Shown piece by piece: positions 1 to 10,765 of a stretch of 64,000 nucleotides of DNA. Under the pieces are notes generated by a model. It made no database searches, was not told the DNA's origin, and saw only the letters and a program-made list of their open reading frames with translations. The stretch's first letter is position 1. Each line of letters starts with the position of its first letter. Origin of the DNA: Pedobacter sp. (lineage in GTDB: Bacteria; Desulfobacterota; Desulfuromonadia; Desulfuromonadales; Syntrophotaleaceae); contig JBFWJC010000006.1 in assembly GCA_050253415.1 (NCBI GenBank), positions 64,001 to 128,000 of the forward strand. The letters run 5' to 3'. A program made the position numbers and the translations under genes.

Positions 1-1298
1 TGATCAAGGGACTGCTTGTCAACCATCTCGATTTTGGCCTTACCACTCAAAAAGGCAACAACCTTTTCTTCGGCCATCTGAGACACCAGCCCACGGCGTT
101 TTTCGTCGCTGCTGTAGAAATTCAGTACCGCCTCTTTGGGGGCACCGCTGGTCTCGATAATCTCTTCGAGTTTATCCTTAATGTCGTCTTCTTCAACCTT
201 CAGGTTTTCCTGAAGTGCGATTGCCTCCATAATCAGGCTCGACTTAACCTGTTTGGCGGCTATCTCACGATAGATCTGTTTGAAGGACGCGGCATTGATA
301 CCCATGTCTTCCAGACGCATCCCCTGTGCCTGCATACGATTCTGCAGATTCTGAAGCATATAATCAAGTTGTGATTCGACCATCGATTCAGGCAGGTCAA
401 TCGGGTTAGCCTCGATCAAGGCATCGCTCAAACGCTCGCGAAAATCTTTCTCAATACGATCGGCTTCCTGACCCGTAATACTTTCAAGAATCTTGGTTCT
501 CAGATCTTCAATGCTTTCCAGCCCTGCTTCCTTGGCAAATGCTTCATCGAGTTCAGGAAGCACCTGCTCTTTAATTTCTTTAAGGGTAACCTTAAAGACA
601 GCAGGCTTGCCAGCTAACTCTTTATTGCCGTAACTCTCGGGAAAGGTTACCTCGATATCCTTGCTCTGGCCACATTCAAGTCCCACAACCTGTTCTTCAA
701 AACCGGGAATGAAAGTGTTGGAACCAAGCTCAAGATGATGACCTTCAGCTTTGCCATGCGCAAAAGCCTCTCCATCAATAAAACCTTCGAAATCGATTAC
801 CGCGATATCGCCCATTTGGGCAATGGTACGTTCACTGGTAGCGACATTCGCTTTGCTTTTGCGCATCTCGTCAAGGCGTGCGTCAACCTCAGATTCATCA
901 ACAACAAGAGACTCTTTTTTCAATTCAAGACCGACATAGTCTTTGGCCTGAACCTCAGGTCTGACTTCAACTTCGGCTTCATAAACAAAAGGCTGCCCGA
1001 CTTTAAGCACTCCGTTGTCGACAACCTCTGGAGGCGAAACGGCATCAATTTTATTTTCAACAATAGCCTTGAAAAAAGTTTCACTGATCAAACCTTCAAA
1101 AACCTGGGCTTCGATTTGCCCACCATACTGGCGCTCAAGCACGCTACGGGGCACTTTGCCGGGACGAAAGCCGGGAACCTTGGCGGTCTTTGCCAACTTC
1201 TGAAAAGCTTTGGTAAATTCGGCATCAACAGCTTCAACAGGAACTTCGAACGACAGTTTTTTCTTAATGCTACTGATATCTTCAATCTTGACATTCAT
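1..1298 (-). CDS. tig: Trigger factor (3' end runs off the window start)
   Basis: Manual translation from ATG at 1298 (SD GAGG): MNVKIEDISSIKKKLSF..., with the GFRPGK ribosome-binding signature and an FKBP-type 'FIPGFEEQ' motif. Absent from the ORF track because it has no stop in the window. Confidence 0.95.
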   Translation of the reverse strand, partial: MNVKIEDISSIKKKLSFEVPVEAVDAEFTKAFQKLAKTAKVPGFRPGKVPRSVLERQYGGQIEAQVFEGLISETFFKAIVENKIDAVSPPEVVDNGVLKVGQPFVYEAEVEVRPEVQAKDYVGLELKKESLVVDESEVDARLDEMRKSKANVATSERTIAQMGDIAVIDFEGFIDGEAFAHGKAEGHHLELGSNTFIPGFEEQVVGLECGQSKDIEVTFPESYGNKELAGKPAVFKVTLKEIKEQVLPELDEAFAKEAGLESIEDLRTKILESITGQEADRIEKDFRERLSDALIEANPIDLPESMVESQLDYMLQNLQNRMQAQGMRLEDMGINAASFKQIYREIAAKQVKSSLIMEAIALQENLKVEEDDIKDKLEEIIETSGAPKEAVLNFYSSDEKRRGLVSQMAEEKVVAFLSGKAKIEMVDKQSLD

Positions 1299-1417
1299 GT
1301 TGTTACCTCACAGAAGATTTTGACTAATTCAATTGTAGGCCTCCGTTGTCCCGTTTTCGTTTTACTGAACAACGATGTCATTTTGGGGCCCGCATTTAAG
1401 TGGATTTACGAGTGAAA

Positions 1418-1500
1418 TGGTGCGAGAGGGGGGAGTCGAACCCCCACGGTTGCCCGCTGGATCCTAAGTCCAGTGCGTCTGCCAGTTCCGCCACTCTCGC
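1418..1500 (-). tRNA. tRNA-Leu (anticodon TAG)
   Basis: Reverse complement GCGAGAGTGGCGGAACTGGCAGACGCACTGGACTTAGGATCCAG...GGTTCGACTCCCCCCTCTCGCACCA: cloverleaf, long variable arm, encoded CCA. Confidence 0.97.
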
Positions 1501-1623
1501 TAATTTGGAAGCCAGCATCCCGCCCGATTCAGCTATCGGGACGCTGTTAAAAATATCTCGATACGATGTACCAAAAACGCTTGTGGTCTGCCAAGCTCTA
1601 ATTTGCAGACATTAAAACAAAAA

Positions 1624-1690
1624 GCCCGTCGTTCGTCAACCGGGCCGACAACCTGATCAGGTTCGGCGCCATGGTCTACGGTAGACGGGC
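1624..1690 (-). terminator. Long imperfect hairpin followed by a U-tract, downstream of tRNA-His
   Basis: GCCCGTC/GACGGGC closing stem, inner GCCGA/TCGGC and the palindrome AACCTGATCAGGTT; A-run at 1614-1623 on + is a U-tract on -. Confidence 0.5.
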
Positions 1691-1702
1691 ATAGTTGCTA
1701 AA

Positions 1703-1779
1703 TGGGGTGAGTGAAGGGGCTCGAACCCTCGACAACTGGAGCCACAATCCAGTGCTCTACCAACTGAGCTACACCCACC
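1703..1779 (-). tRNA. tRNA-His (anticodon GTG)
   Basis: Reverse complement GGTGGGTGTAGCTCAGTTGGTAGAGCACTGGATTGTGGCTCCAG...GTTCGAGCCCCTTCACTCACCCCA, with the G-1:C73 pair typical of tRNA-His. Confidence 0.97.
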
Positions 1780-1793
1780 ATAGAAGCGGCGGC

Positions 1794-1823
1794 ATCTTAC
1801 TTAACCGTCACACTGTTTGTCAA
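1794..1823 (-). promoter_or_regulatory. Sigma70 promoter for tRNA-His
   Basis: TTGACA-N18-TAAGAT on the minus strand, followed by a GC-rich discriminator GCCGCCGC. Confidence 0.65.
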
Positions 1824-2325
1824 ACCTTTTTTTCCGGAACTGCGTGTCATCTGACGGCCCCGCCGTTGCCCTAACTCCAGTCCGGTAAAATCCGCCATGA
1901 CACCTATCTTCGCAAATCGGCAGAGGCCACGCTCGGAGAAGCAGGAATATATGCCAAGGGAACGTGCAAGTCAACAAAAAATAATCACACAACTGAAGTA
2001 AAAAGCATACCTTCTCAACCGAAATACTTATCCCGCTATGCATTTAAGTTATTACTTTTACAGCTTGCCCTCGTTGACAACTATTTTCTTCAGGAGCGTT
2101 CGCCTGTCGAAACTTCCGCTTCAGACATGAGCGCTCCCCCTGTCAACCAACATTCAAATCAGAACACATCTCTCTCCTTAACAGTAAAATTCGACGACAC
2201 CAACGCCACTCGATTTAAGGGCAACCCCACGGTCGCTGTAATTTCTAAAGAGAATTTCCTTGATAATATTACTACCGGTTTCTATAATTAACCATTTAAT
2301 GGCACAATGAAGGATCGGAAACGGG

Positions 2326-2976
2326 ATGTCCTCATTCATAAGTTTTGAAGGAATTGAAGGAAGCGGAAAAACCACCCAGATCCAGCTTCTCGCCAATCGG
2401 CTTGAGAGCCTGGGCTACGAAGTGCTGATAACGCGCGAACCGGGCGGTTGTCCCATAGCCGATCAGATTCGTCACATTCTGCTCCACCCCGACAATGATC
2501 GATTGGTTCCCGGAGCAGAACTGTTACTCTATGCAGCCGCTCGCGCCCAACATGTGTCTGAAGTCATTACCCCGGCGCTTGAGCAAGGGAAAATTGTCCT
2601 TTGCGACCGTTATTGCGATGCGACTCTTGCTTATCAGGGTTATGCACGCGGCCTTGATCTGCAACTTGTCCAACAACTCAACGATTTAGCCGCAGGAACC
2701 TGTCGCCCCAATTTGACGTTATTACTCGACATGCTACCCGACCATGGGCTTCATCGCGCACAAAGTCGTAATGCCGTAGCCTCAGGCCCTGCCGAGGGAC
2801 GATTCGAGCAGGAATCGCTTATATTTCACTCCAAGGTGCGACAAGGTTATCTGGATCTCGCACAACAGGAACCACAGAGGATAAAAGTTATCGACGCAAC
2901 AGGTACCCAAGAACAGGTGGCCAAACGCATCTGGCAAACCACCTCTGGCTTTCTCAATTGCTCAAGGAGCGCATGA
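2326..2976 (+). CDS. tmk: Thymidylate kinase
   Basis: FISFEGIEGSGKTTQ P-loop, TREPGG and DRY..S/TLAYQG motifs. Confidence 0.97.
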   Translation: MSSFISFEGIEGSGKTTQIQLLANRLESLGYEVLITREPGGCPIADQIRHILLHPDNDRLVPGAELLLYAAARAQHVSEVITPALEQGKIVLCDRYCDATLAYQGYARGLDLQLVQQLNDLAAGTCRPNLTLLLDMLPDHGLHRAQSRNAVASGPAEGRFEQESLIFHSKVRQGYLDLAQQEPQRIKVIDATGTQEQVAKRIWQTTSGFLNCSRSA

Positions 2977-3941
2977 TGTTTGCCAGAATTCTCGGCCACC
3001 AGCGTCAAAAGGATCTGTTGCAGCGAGCCATTGCTTCTTCCCGGTTGCCGCACGCCTACCTCTTTGAAGGGCCGGAGGGTATCGGTAAGCGTCTTATGGC
3101 TCTTGCACTGACCAAGAGTCTTTTTTGCGCGAACGGCAATAGTTGCAGCGAATGTCCGGCTTGCCGGAAAATTGACCATCATAATCATCCGGATTTGCAC
3201 CTGATCAATGCAGAGGGAAGTTCCATTAAGATCGAGCAGATCCGAGAGTTGCAGAAAGAACTGTCTTACCGACCACTGGAGGCTTCCTACAAGGTATGTA
3301 TTATTGATGGTGCCGAAAAGATGAACCTGGCTTCAGCCAATGCATTACTGAAGACATTGGAGGAACCACGTGCCCAGACACTGCTCATCCTGTTGACATC
3401 GACCCCCGATGCGGTCCTGCCAACCATCCGCTCACGCTGTCAAAGACTGCCCTTCTCCCGCATACCCAAAGAGAAATTGCAGGAAGTACTGGTTGAGCAA
3501 TTAGATATAGATGATACGCAATCGCATATTCTTGCCACTTTATCCGAAGGCAGCTTCAAAAAAGCCCTGGGCAAAGACCGGGAGCTTTACCTGCAACGTC
3601 GCAGAGAGCTTCTTAAAAAGCTTGCAGCATTGAGTCCTGGGAGTATCATTCCCCTTCTGGATTTGGCACAGAAACTGGCGGAAGAAAAAGACTTGTTATT
3701 TGAAATTCTTGAAATCATCCAGGCTTTTTACAGGGATTTGCTGTTGCTTAAACATGGCAGTCCTTTGGACGAACTGGTCAATATCGACATGCTTGAAACC
3801 CTGGATCAGGTATCCCGCAAGGAAGATATTTTATCCCTACTTGGTAAGCTTAATGCCCTTATGACATCAAGGCGACATCTTGAACGGAATGTTAACCGCC
3901 AACTGGCCATGGAAGTTCTGCTAATGCGGCTTGTCGCCTGA
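2973..3941 (+). CDS. holB: DNA polymerase III delta' subunit
   Basis: HAYLFEGPEGIGK, Zn-binding Cys cluster, ANALLKTLEEP, LPTIRSRC; ATGA overlap with the tmk stop. Confidence 0.95.
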   Translation: MMFARILGHQRQKDLLQRAIASSRLPHAYLFEGPEGIGKRLMALALTKSLFCANGNSCSECPACRKIDHHNHPDLHLINAEGSSIKIEQIRELQKELSYRPLEASYKVCIIDGAEKMNLASANALLKTLEEPRAQTLLILLTSTPDAVLPTIRSRCQRLPFSRIPKEKLQEVLVEQLDIDDTQSHILATLSEGSFKKALGKDRELYLQRRRELLKKLAALSPGSIIPLLDLAQKLAEEKDLLFEILEIIQAFYRDLLLLKHGSPLDELVNIDMLETLDQVSRKEDILSLLGKLNALMTSRRHLERNVNRQLAMEVLLMRLVA

Positions 3942-4007
3942 ATCATCGTCCTTACGGACCGACGCAGCCTGCTCCATAAGGCTGCCGCAACTTACAAGAC
4001 AGGATTT

Positions 4008-5108
4008 ATGATTAGAATTGTCTCGATAAAATTCCGCAAAGCCGGAAAACAATACCATTTCAATGCCGGGCAACTTGAACTGTCCTCGGGACAGTCGGTT
4101 ATCGTCGAAACAGACAGGGGCCGGGCTCTGGGCTGCGTTGTAGCCCCCCCCCGTGAAAAACCCGAAGACCAGGCACCTGAAAATCTTAAAAATGTTGTTC
4201 GAATTGCTTCCGACGAAGATATCGCTCTGGCTGAAAACAGCGTAGCCAAAGAGAAGGAGGCCTTCAGTTTCTGTCTGGAGCGCATTAAGTCCCGCCAGAT
4301 GGACATGAAACTGGTACGCGCCGAATACCTGTTTGACGGTTCCAAAATTATTTTCTATTTTACGGCGGACGGACGGGTTGATTTCAGGGAATTGGTTAAA
4401 GACCTGGCCCATTACTTCCACACGCGTATTGAAATGCGTCAAATAGGCGTTCGAGATGAAGCCAAACTTATCGGAGGGATTGGTATATGCGGCAGAGCCT
4501 TATGTTGCTGTACTTTTCTCACAGATTTCGCGCCGGTTTCTGTAAAAATGGCTAAAGAACAAGGTCTGGCACTTAATCCCAATAAAATTTCCGGTCAATG
4601 CGGTCGATTGCTGTGTTGCCTCAATTATGAATATAAGACCTATCTGTCTCTGAAACAGGGCATGCCCAAATGTGGACGCCGTGTTAGGGTTGATAATCAG
4701 GAAGGCGAAGTAATAAGTCAAAACGTTCTTGATCAGTCGGTTACCGTCAGACTTGACGAAAACCAACGCATTAACGTGCCTGTTGACAAACTACAAGCTG
4801 CCGAAAACCAAACCAAACCTGCCGCAAGCGAGGAACCTCCACCCACAAAACCCCGGACCAGAGTCCCTTCTCGCGCACGAAAAAACGCCCCTGCCAAGGA
4901 ACCTCTTGCACCGACCAAGGCAGAAGAAGAAAAAGAGGGACAGCCAAAGCCAGGCAAACCTACCCCAAAACGTCGCGGCCAAAAACCGGTACAACGTGAG
5001 GCCTCCCCTGCAACCGAAGGGGACCAGAGCGCCCGCAAACGTCCCAGAAGAAAGAGTCGCCCTAAACAACGGCCACCCCAAAATACGCCCTCAGGAGATA
5101 AACAATGA
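4008..5108 (+). CDS. PSP1 / stage 0 sporulation (RicT/YaaT-like) protein with a low-complexity basic C-tail
   Basis: FYFTADGRVDFRELVKDLA, GIGICGRALCC, KISGQCGRLLCCL; conserved holB-PSP1-metG order. Confidence 0.92.
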   Translation: MIRIVSIKFRKAGKQYHFNAGQLELSSGQSVIVETDRGRALGCVVAPPREKPEDQAPENLKNVVRIASDEDIALAENSVAKEKEAFSFCLERIKSRQMDMKLVRAEYLFDGSKIIFYFTADGRVDFRELVKDLAHYFHTRIEMRQIGVRDEAKLIGGIGICGRALCCCTFLTDFAPVSVKMAKEQGLALNPNKISGQCGRLLCCLNYEYKTYLSLKQGMPKCGRRVRVDNQEGEVISQNVLDQSVTVRLDENQRINVPVDKLQAAENQTKPAASEEPPPTKPRTRVPSRARKNAPAKEPLAPTKAEEEKEGQPKPGKPTPKRRGQKPVQREASPATEGDQSARKRPRRKSRPKQRPPQNTPSGDKQ

Positions 5109-6637
5109 GCAAGCGCTTTTATGTCACCACTCCCATTTATTACGTGAACGACGTGCCACACATCGGTCATGCCTATACGACCGTAGCCTGTGATATGCTG
5201 GCACGTTACAAAAGAGCGCAGGGATTTGAAGTTTCCTTCCTGACAGGTACCGATGAGCACGGCCAAAAAGTCGAAAAGGCCGCCCAGTCCAAGGGAGAGA
5301 CCCCTCTTGAACTGGCCGACCGCGTCGTTAAGCGCTACCAGGCCCTATGGGAAAAGTTAAACATATCCCATACCGACTTTATTCGTACATCCCAGGAACG
5401 ACACAAAAAAGGCGTATGCAACCTGTTTGAACAGCTGCTGGAAACCGGTGACATTTACCTGGGCGAATATGAGGACTGGTATTGTACCCCCTGTGAAACC
5501 TTCTGGACCGAAACACAACTCCTGGATGGCTGCTGTCCTGACTGCGGACGCCCCACGGATAAACTCAAGGAAGAATCGTATTTTTTCCGCATGAGCAAAT
5601 ACCAGGATCAACTCCTGAAGCACATCGAAGAAGACCCTGAGTTTATTCAGCCCAGAACAAGGCGTAATGAAATCCTCAACTTTGTACGCGAGGGTTTGCG
5701 CGATCTTTCCATTTCGCGCACGTCTTTTTCATGGGGAATACCCGTCCCTGGCAATGAACGTCACGTTATTTATGTATGGTTTGATGCTCTGAGCAATTAC
5801 ATCACCGCCCTTGGTTATCCGGACGACTCCGAAGGTCGGTATAAAGATTTCTGGCCTGCGGATGTCCATATCATCGGCAAAGATATCCTTCGATTCCACA
5901 CGGTTTACTGGCCGACCATCCTTATGGCAGCCGGCATCCCCCTTCCAAAGAAGGTTTTCGCACACGGCTGGTGGACCGTCGAAGGGCAAAAGATGAGCAA
6001 GAGCCTGGCGAACGTGGTGGAGCCGAATATGCTGATCGACAAATACGGCGTCGATGCAATTCGTTATTTCCTGCTGCGTGAAGTACCCTTCGGTCTTGAT
6101 GGCGACTTTTCCCATGCAGCTCTGGTCCATCGGATCAACTCGGATCTCGCCAACGACCTGGGTAACCTTGTCAGCCGCTCTACCGCCATGCTGAATAAAT
6201 ATTTCGGAGGAATCTTACCGGAACCGAGCGATCAGCGCGCTGAAGACGAACCATACATTGCAGCTTTTGCCAACACGGTTAAAAACGTCGATGGATTCAT
6301 GCAGGACCTTGCTTTCAACAAAGCATTGCAGTCCACCTGGGAACTGATCAGTCTGGGCAATAAATATATTGACGACATGGCTCCCTGGGCGCTGGCCAAG
6401 GATGAGTCGCAACACCAACGACTTGGAACCATCATGTACAATCTGCTCGACTCCCTGCGATTGGTGGCCCTTCTGATTGCGCCAGTCATGCCGGAAACCT
6501 CCGACAAGATCCTGGGGATCCTCGGTTGCGAACCAGAGCAGATGATATTGGCCGGCAATGACCGATGGGGGTTACTCAAACCTGGTACGGAAATCGCCAA
6601 AGCGAAACCCCTTTTCCCACGCATCGAAACCGAATAA
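5105..6637 (+). CDS. metG: Methionine--tRNA ligase (short form)
   Basis: TTPIYYVN, HIGH and KMSKS motifs. Confidence 0.98.
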   Translation: MSKRFYVTTPIYYVNDVPHIGHAYTTVACDMLARYKRAQGFEVSFLTGTDEHGQKVEKAAQSKGETPLELADRVVKRYQALWEKLNISHTDFIRTSQERHKKGVCNLFEQLLETGDIYLGEYEDWYCTPCETFWTETQLLDGCCPDCGRPTDKLKEESYFFRMSKYQDQLLKHIEEDPEFIQPRTRRNEILNFVREGLRDLSISRTSFSWGIPVPGNERHVIYVWFDALSNYITALGYPDDSEGRYKDFWPADVHIIGKDILRFHTVYWPTILMAAGIPLPKKVFAHGWWTVEGQKMSKSLANVVEPNMLIDKYGVDAIRYFLLREVPFGLDGDFSHAALVHRINSDLANDLGNLVSRSTAMLNKYFGGILPEPSDQRAEDEPYIAAFANTVKNVDGFMQDLAFNKALQSTWELISLGNKYIDDMAPWALAKDESQHQRLGTIMYNLLDSLRLVALLIAPVMPETSDKILGILGCEPEQMILAGNDRWGLLKPGTEIAKAKPLFPRIETE

Positions 6638-6705
6638 CGATATTTCCACAATCAATTACCTTTCAAGGGGCGCACCAGCGCCCCTTGGCTTTGGAGCAAT
6701 ACCTC

Positions 6706-8100
6706 ATGCCCCAGACAATTCCGACACTCATCGATACCCATGCGCATCTAGACCACTGTCAGTACGACCAGGACCGGCAGGAAACCATTCAACGCGCACT
6801 GGTCGCCGGAATATCCCACATGATTACCATCGGTTGCGATCTTGCAAGCTCCCAGGCCAGTGTTGAGCTTGCGCAACAACACTCAAGCATCTATGCAGCC
6901 GTAGGTATCCACCCTCACGATGCAGCCGAGCTTGATAATCCGACGCTTGCTGCACTGGAGAACTTGGCGCGCCACAACGATAAGGTTGTTGCAATCGGAG
7001 AAATTGGCCTGGATTACTATCGCGATCGCTGCCCCAGAGATGTTCAAGTCATCGCATTTCGCCAGCAAATTCGCCTTGCTCAAAAACTTGGTCTCCCCAT
7101 CATTATTCATGACCGGGATGCCCACCAGGACGTCCTCGATATTCTACGTCAGGAAAAAGCCTCGACAACAGGAGGCGTATTACACTGTTTCAGCGGTGAC
7201 CTGGCCATGGCCCAAGCCTGTATCGAATTAGGGTTCTATCTGTCGTTTCCAGCCACTATTACCTATCCTAAAAACGAGGCCCTGCGTGATGTTGTTAAAG
7301 CCCTGCCGACCGATCGCCTGCTGATAGAAACCGACTGTCCCTATCTTTCACCCCAGTCATATAGAGGCAAACGCAACGAGCCAGCGTTGCTGCGCCATAC
7401 CGCGGAAGAGATAGCCCGCATTAAAGGCTTGAGCGTGGAAGACATCTCACGTATCACCAATCTGAACGCATACCGACTGTTCGGGATTGGCAACGCTGAT
7501 CAATCCACCAAAATTGCTTACCGGATTCGCAACTCGCTCTATCTGAATATCACCAACCGTTGCAGCAATGCCTGTATATTCTGCGCTAAATTTCGTGATT
7601 TTGCGGTTAAGGGCCACGAACTCAAACTGGACCGTGAGCCAACTGTCGAAGAGATCAAACAAGCAATCGGTGATCCCCGCGAATATGATGAAGTGGTTTT
7701 TTGTGGCTATGGAGAATCATTATTACGTCTCGATATCATCCGAGAAATCGGGACATGGGTGCATCAGCAAAATGTACCGGTCCGCATTAATACCGATGGA
7801 CAAGCCAACCTGGTTTATGGCCGGAATATCCTGCCCGAACTAGCAGGTTACGTCGATGCCATTTCAGTCTCTCTCAATGCCGCCGATGCCACCACGTATC
7901 AGAAAATATGTCAATCCTGCTTTGGGGAGGCTGGTTACGAAGCCGTCAAAGAGTTCATCCGTGAAGCAAAAAAAGTGATCCCCTCGGTTACCGCCAGCGT
8001 GGTTGCCATGCCGGGCATCGATATCGACGCTTGTCGTCATATAGTCGAACAGGAATTGGAAGTTAACTTTAGAGTACGTCCCTACAACGAAGTCGGCTGA
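6706..8100 (+). CDS. TatD family DNase fused to a C-terminal TatD-associated radical SAM domain
   Basis: DTHAH, GIHPH, GEIGLDY and ETDCPY TatD motifs, then LYLNITNRCSNACIFC (CxxxCxxC). Start moved to ATG 6706 after GGAG. Confidence 0.92.
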   Translation: MPQTIPTLIDTHAHLDHCQYDQDRQETIQRALVAGISHMITIGCDLASSQASVELAQQHSSIYAAVGIHPHDAAELDNPTLAALENLARHNDKVVAIGEIGLDYYRDRCPRDVQVIAFRQQIRLAQKLGLPIIIHDRDAHQDVLDILRQEKASTTGGVLHCFSGDLAMAQACIELGFYLSFPATITYPKNEALRDVVKALPTDRLLIETDCPYLSPQSYRGKRNEPALLRHTAEEIARIKGLSVEDISRITNLNAYRLFGIGNADQSTKIAYRIRNSLYLNITNRCSNACIFCAKFRDFAVKGHELKLDREPTVEEIKQAIGDPREYDEVVFCGYGESLLRLDIIREIGTWVHQQNVPVRINTDGQANLVYGRNILPELAGYVDAISVSLNAADATTYQKICQSCFGEAGYEAVKEFIREAKKVIPSVTASVVAMPGIDIDACRHIVEQELEVNFRVRPYNEVG

Positions 8101-8157
8101 TTTATTTTTCGCCGTTTTTATAACTTCGTTGGTTCTAACAAATACCACCCAACATTC

Positions 8158-8198
8158 AAAAAAAGACACCCCCGTTTACGTTTAACGGGGGTGTCTTT
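8158..8198. terminator. Bidirectional intrinsic terminator
   Basis: AAAGACACCCCCGTT / AACGGGGGTGTCTTT perfect stem between convergent genes. Confidence 0.85.
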
Positions 8199-8354
8199 AC
8201 GTTTAAACTATTTCCACGTTCGCCATTAACCAATGCAAGACCTTCAATGCAAAATAGTGCATAGAAACCCGGAGTCTGTCGGACAATACGAATCGAAGCG
8301 GAAGGTCTGGGTATTTTCGACCAGATTTTAGCTCTTTTGAAGGTGCATAGTTTG

Positions 8355-8693
8355 CTAGCTTTCCAAAGAAGTGCAATAAAGATCAAATGCTTCCGAGCCG
8401 GCATCAATCTTCAATATACGAATCCCCATCCCCCCTTTATTTGCAACACGCATAAGAGGCGCTGGCACTTTTCTGGCCCATTGTACCTTACCCTGCAAAG
8501 TTACGGCGCCGTGTTCCGGAAGGACAAGTTCCATGTACAAGCTGGTTCCCGGGCGCAGCGGTTGAGCAGTTTTCAAGAATAAACCTTCTCGGTGGACATC
8601 TTCGGTGAACGCAATTCGACAAGGGTCTTTCTCTCCATAACGTACCTGAATTCGCCTACGAGGTCGCCTCCTTACACGTCGATCAACCGCCAT
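8355..8693 (-). CDS. PilZ domain protein
   Basis: RxxxR (DRRVRRRPR) and a D..xxG-like motif, GKVQW, GMGIR; SD AAGGAGG. Confidence 0.85.
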   Translation of the reverse strand: MAVDRRVRRRPRRRIQVRYGEKDPCRIAFTEDVHREGLFLKTAQPLRPGTSLYMELVLPEHGAVTLQGKVQWARKVPAPLMRVANKGGMGIRILKIDAGSEAFDLYCTSLES

Positions 8694-9054
8694 TAGTCCT
8701 CCTTACTCACAGAAAGAAACGTCTAAACATAACGAAAAACGTGAATATTCAGATCCCGGAAAGTAATCCGTATAATTAAAGCATACTTAGCATGATTAAG
8801 GATATACGGCCTAAGCCTGGGGTGCAAACAAAAAATCCACAACCCAGCTGACATTTCAAATCTACAAACAGAATTGAAACGTACATAAGCCACTGATTTA
8901 TTGTGTTTTTTATCTATCGCGGGCATACCAACCGACAATAATCGCCCGGCTATTATGCTCTGGAGATAAAACGTCGATTTCAAATGCCGGAAATTCAGCT
9001 AAAATTATAGCAAAAGGAGATGCGCAATAAATTTTTCCAATCGGAGGATTCAAC

Positions 9055-9306
9055 ATGAAAGGTCTACTTATCAAGGATAAGACCCATTGGTGTGACTCCT
9101 GGTCTGCGAAAATGGCCACCCGACTTGAGATTCTCGATTCAACCTATAACCTGCTCATATTTCACCAGCGACACACCTTGGAGGAAATTCTTTCACATCT
9201 ACCCGATGCACCAGAGCACATTTTTCAGATCATTGATCTTGAAGAAACACACGAGGATCACAGCGATATTGTTAGCGATTCCGGAACCTTTTACCGTATT
9301 ACTTAA
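9055..9306 (+). CDS. Hypothetical protein
   Basis: Strong SD GGAGG before ATG; 83 aa; no family recognised. Confidence 0.65.
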   Translation: MKGLLIKDKTHWCDSWSAKMATRLEILDSTYNLLIFHQRHTLEEILSHLPDAPEHIFQIIDLEETHEDHSDIVSDSGTFYRIT

Positions 9307-9522
9307 CTAATCCGATGCCTGATCTATAAGGTTTCTTTCCGCCGACATCTTTCATTTTGACGGCGAGTCGACATCCACCCGTTACCTTCTTCCGATATGA
9401 AATATTTATTACGAAATTAAATACGGCCGGAATCCCTTTTTTACCAAAGAGGACTTCCGGCCGCACCTGATTACTGTTACCTGTATTAAAAATTTGGATC
9501 ACTATTTCAGAGACTGCAGCAT

Positions 9523-9873
9523 CTAATGTTTTATGCCGTTTTTTTTCAAAGGCAGAACTTTAGCGGCTCCACGCTGCCCAGCTTCACGTTCGGCAATAAA
9601 CCTTTCCGGATCGTTTAGCACACTGTTGAATTCCTCAAACTGCTCCCAGAACATAGCGATCATCATGTTCATGCGAACAATAGGATCCCTGTATCGGCGC
9701 AGGCGCATCTCAATCTGAAACTGCATGCCGTATGCACGCTGCCGATATTCTTCAGGAAAATCCTCAAGCATTTGATGAATAATATCTGCCCGCATCTTCT
9801 CAAAGGCTTCCGGATCTTTTTGATATAAACCTACCATTTCCAGGACCTGGCTTTTTTCTTTGGTTGTACTCAT
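9523..9873 (-). CDS. DUF3135-like protein
   Basis: KDPEAFEKMR...QFQI pattern; SD AGGAGGT before ATG 9873. Confidence 0.7.
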   Translation of the reverse strand: MSTTKEKSQVLEMVGLYQKDPEAFEKMRADIIHQMLEDFPEEYRQRAYGMQFQIEMRLRRYRDPIVRMNMMIAMFWEQFEEFNSVLNDPERFIAEREAGQRGAAKVLPLKKNGIKH

Positions 9874-9948
9874 AAAACCACCTCCTGTCATGATATTAAC
9901 ACTCCCGGGAGAAGTGGCAAGCCTGCAGAGATTGAAGTCACTCCCCCT

Positions 9949-10494
9949 TTATCCATTTCCCGGAGTATCCAGGTTAATCAAGGGTATTCCGGACTCAAGT
10001 CTATGCCACAGGGTGATTCCATGCCCCAAGCGCATAGAAACGCCAGCTACAACTTTCTCGTAAGCATCCGTAGACCATGGCGGTAACGTGTCGACATGCG
10101 CCCTTGCCCGCCTGGCGATATCAAACAACGAATTATCCAACAAATAAATTCTGCCAACCGTCAAATTACTGCCATAAAACCGTACCATCAGTAATTCCTG
10201 ATTTTCCAGGGCCAGTAAAACCCGGCGTTCATAATCGCTGTGGTAATTAAGCCAGCATGTGTATACATATTTTACGACCTGTCCAATGGCCAGCAGCACT
10301 CCAAAAACGGCACAGTTATTATGATAAAACAATCCGCCGCGAACCTGAGGCTTGGCATTGCCAAAATATTCGATGGTAGCAGACCTCTCCACCACCTGTA
10401 TCGTAACCTGTGAGGGAATCCGATCGGTCACAACAAAGCCCATTTCTTCAAACGCGTATTCAGACAATGGTTTGGTTGCCGCCGTATGCGTCAT
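9949..10494 (-). CDS. Hypothetical protein
   Basis: SD GGAGGT before ATG 10494; 181 aa open frame. Confidence 0.65.
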   Translation of the reverse strand: MTHTAATKPLSEYAFEEMGFVVTDRIPSQVTIQVVERSATIEYFGNAKPQVRGGLFYHNNCAVFGVLLAIGQVVKYVYTCWLNYHSDYERRVLLALENQELLMVRFYGSNLTVGRIYLLDNSLFDIARRARAHVDTLPPWSTDAYEKVVAGVSMRLGHGITLWHRLESGIPLINLDTPGNG

Positions 10495-10765
10495 TTTAAC
10501 CTCCATACACCTTTTCGATTATAGGTGGCACGGCATACCTCACTGCAGCCTTGCCGCCTATTTACCCTTCACGTATACTTGCGTTTGTACAGCAGAGCCT
10601 CCGCAAAAGACTGACCAGCGCAGGCAATATCGATACTCGAATATTCCTTCGTCTGCGAGAACGGTTACCTTAATCCACGAAAATGATTTACACAGTCAAT
10701 TCCACCAAACGTCTGCATTGATATAACCTACTCTATCCTGCACCTGACAACGTGGAAAGCATGCG

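Noticed and set aside
735..1415. 226-aa plus-strand ORF
   Set aside because: Antisense shadow of tig, which is clearly recognisable on the minus strand.
1940..1957. Sigma54-like TTGGCATATATTCCTGCT on the minus strand
   Set aside because: GG-to-GC spacing is one base too long for a -24/-12 promoter.
1400..2300. Integrative-element attachment site at the tRNAs
   Set aside because: No integrase, and I found no duplicated tRNA 3' end elsewhere in the window.
6565..6705. N-terminal extension of the TatD fusion
   Set aside because: It overlaps the metG end and an intergenic hairpin; TatD homology begins after ATG 6706.
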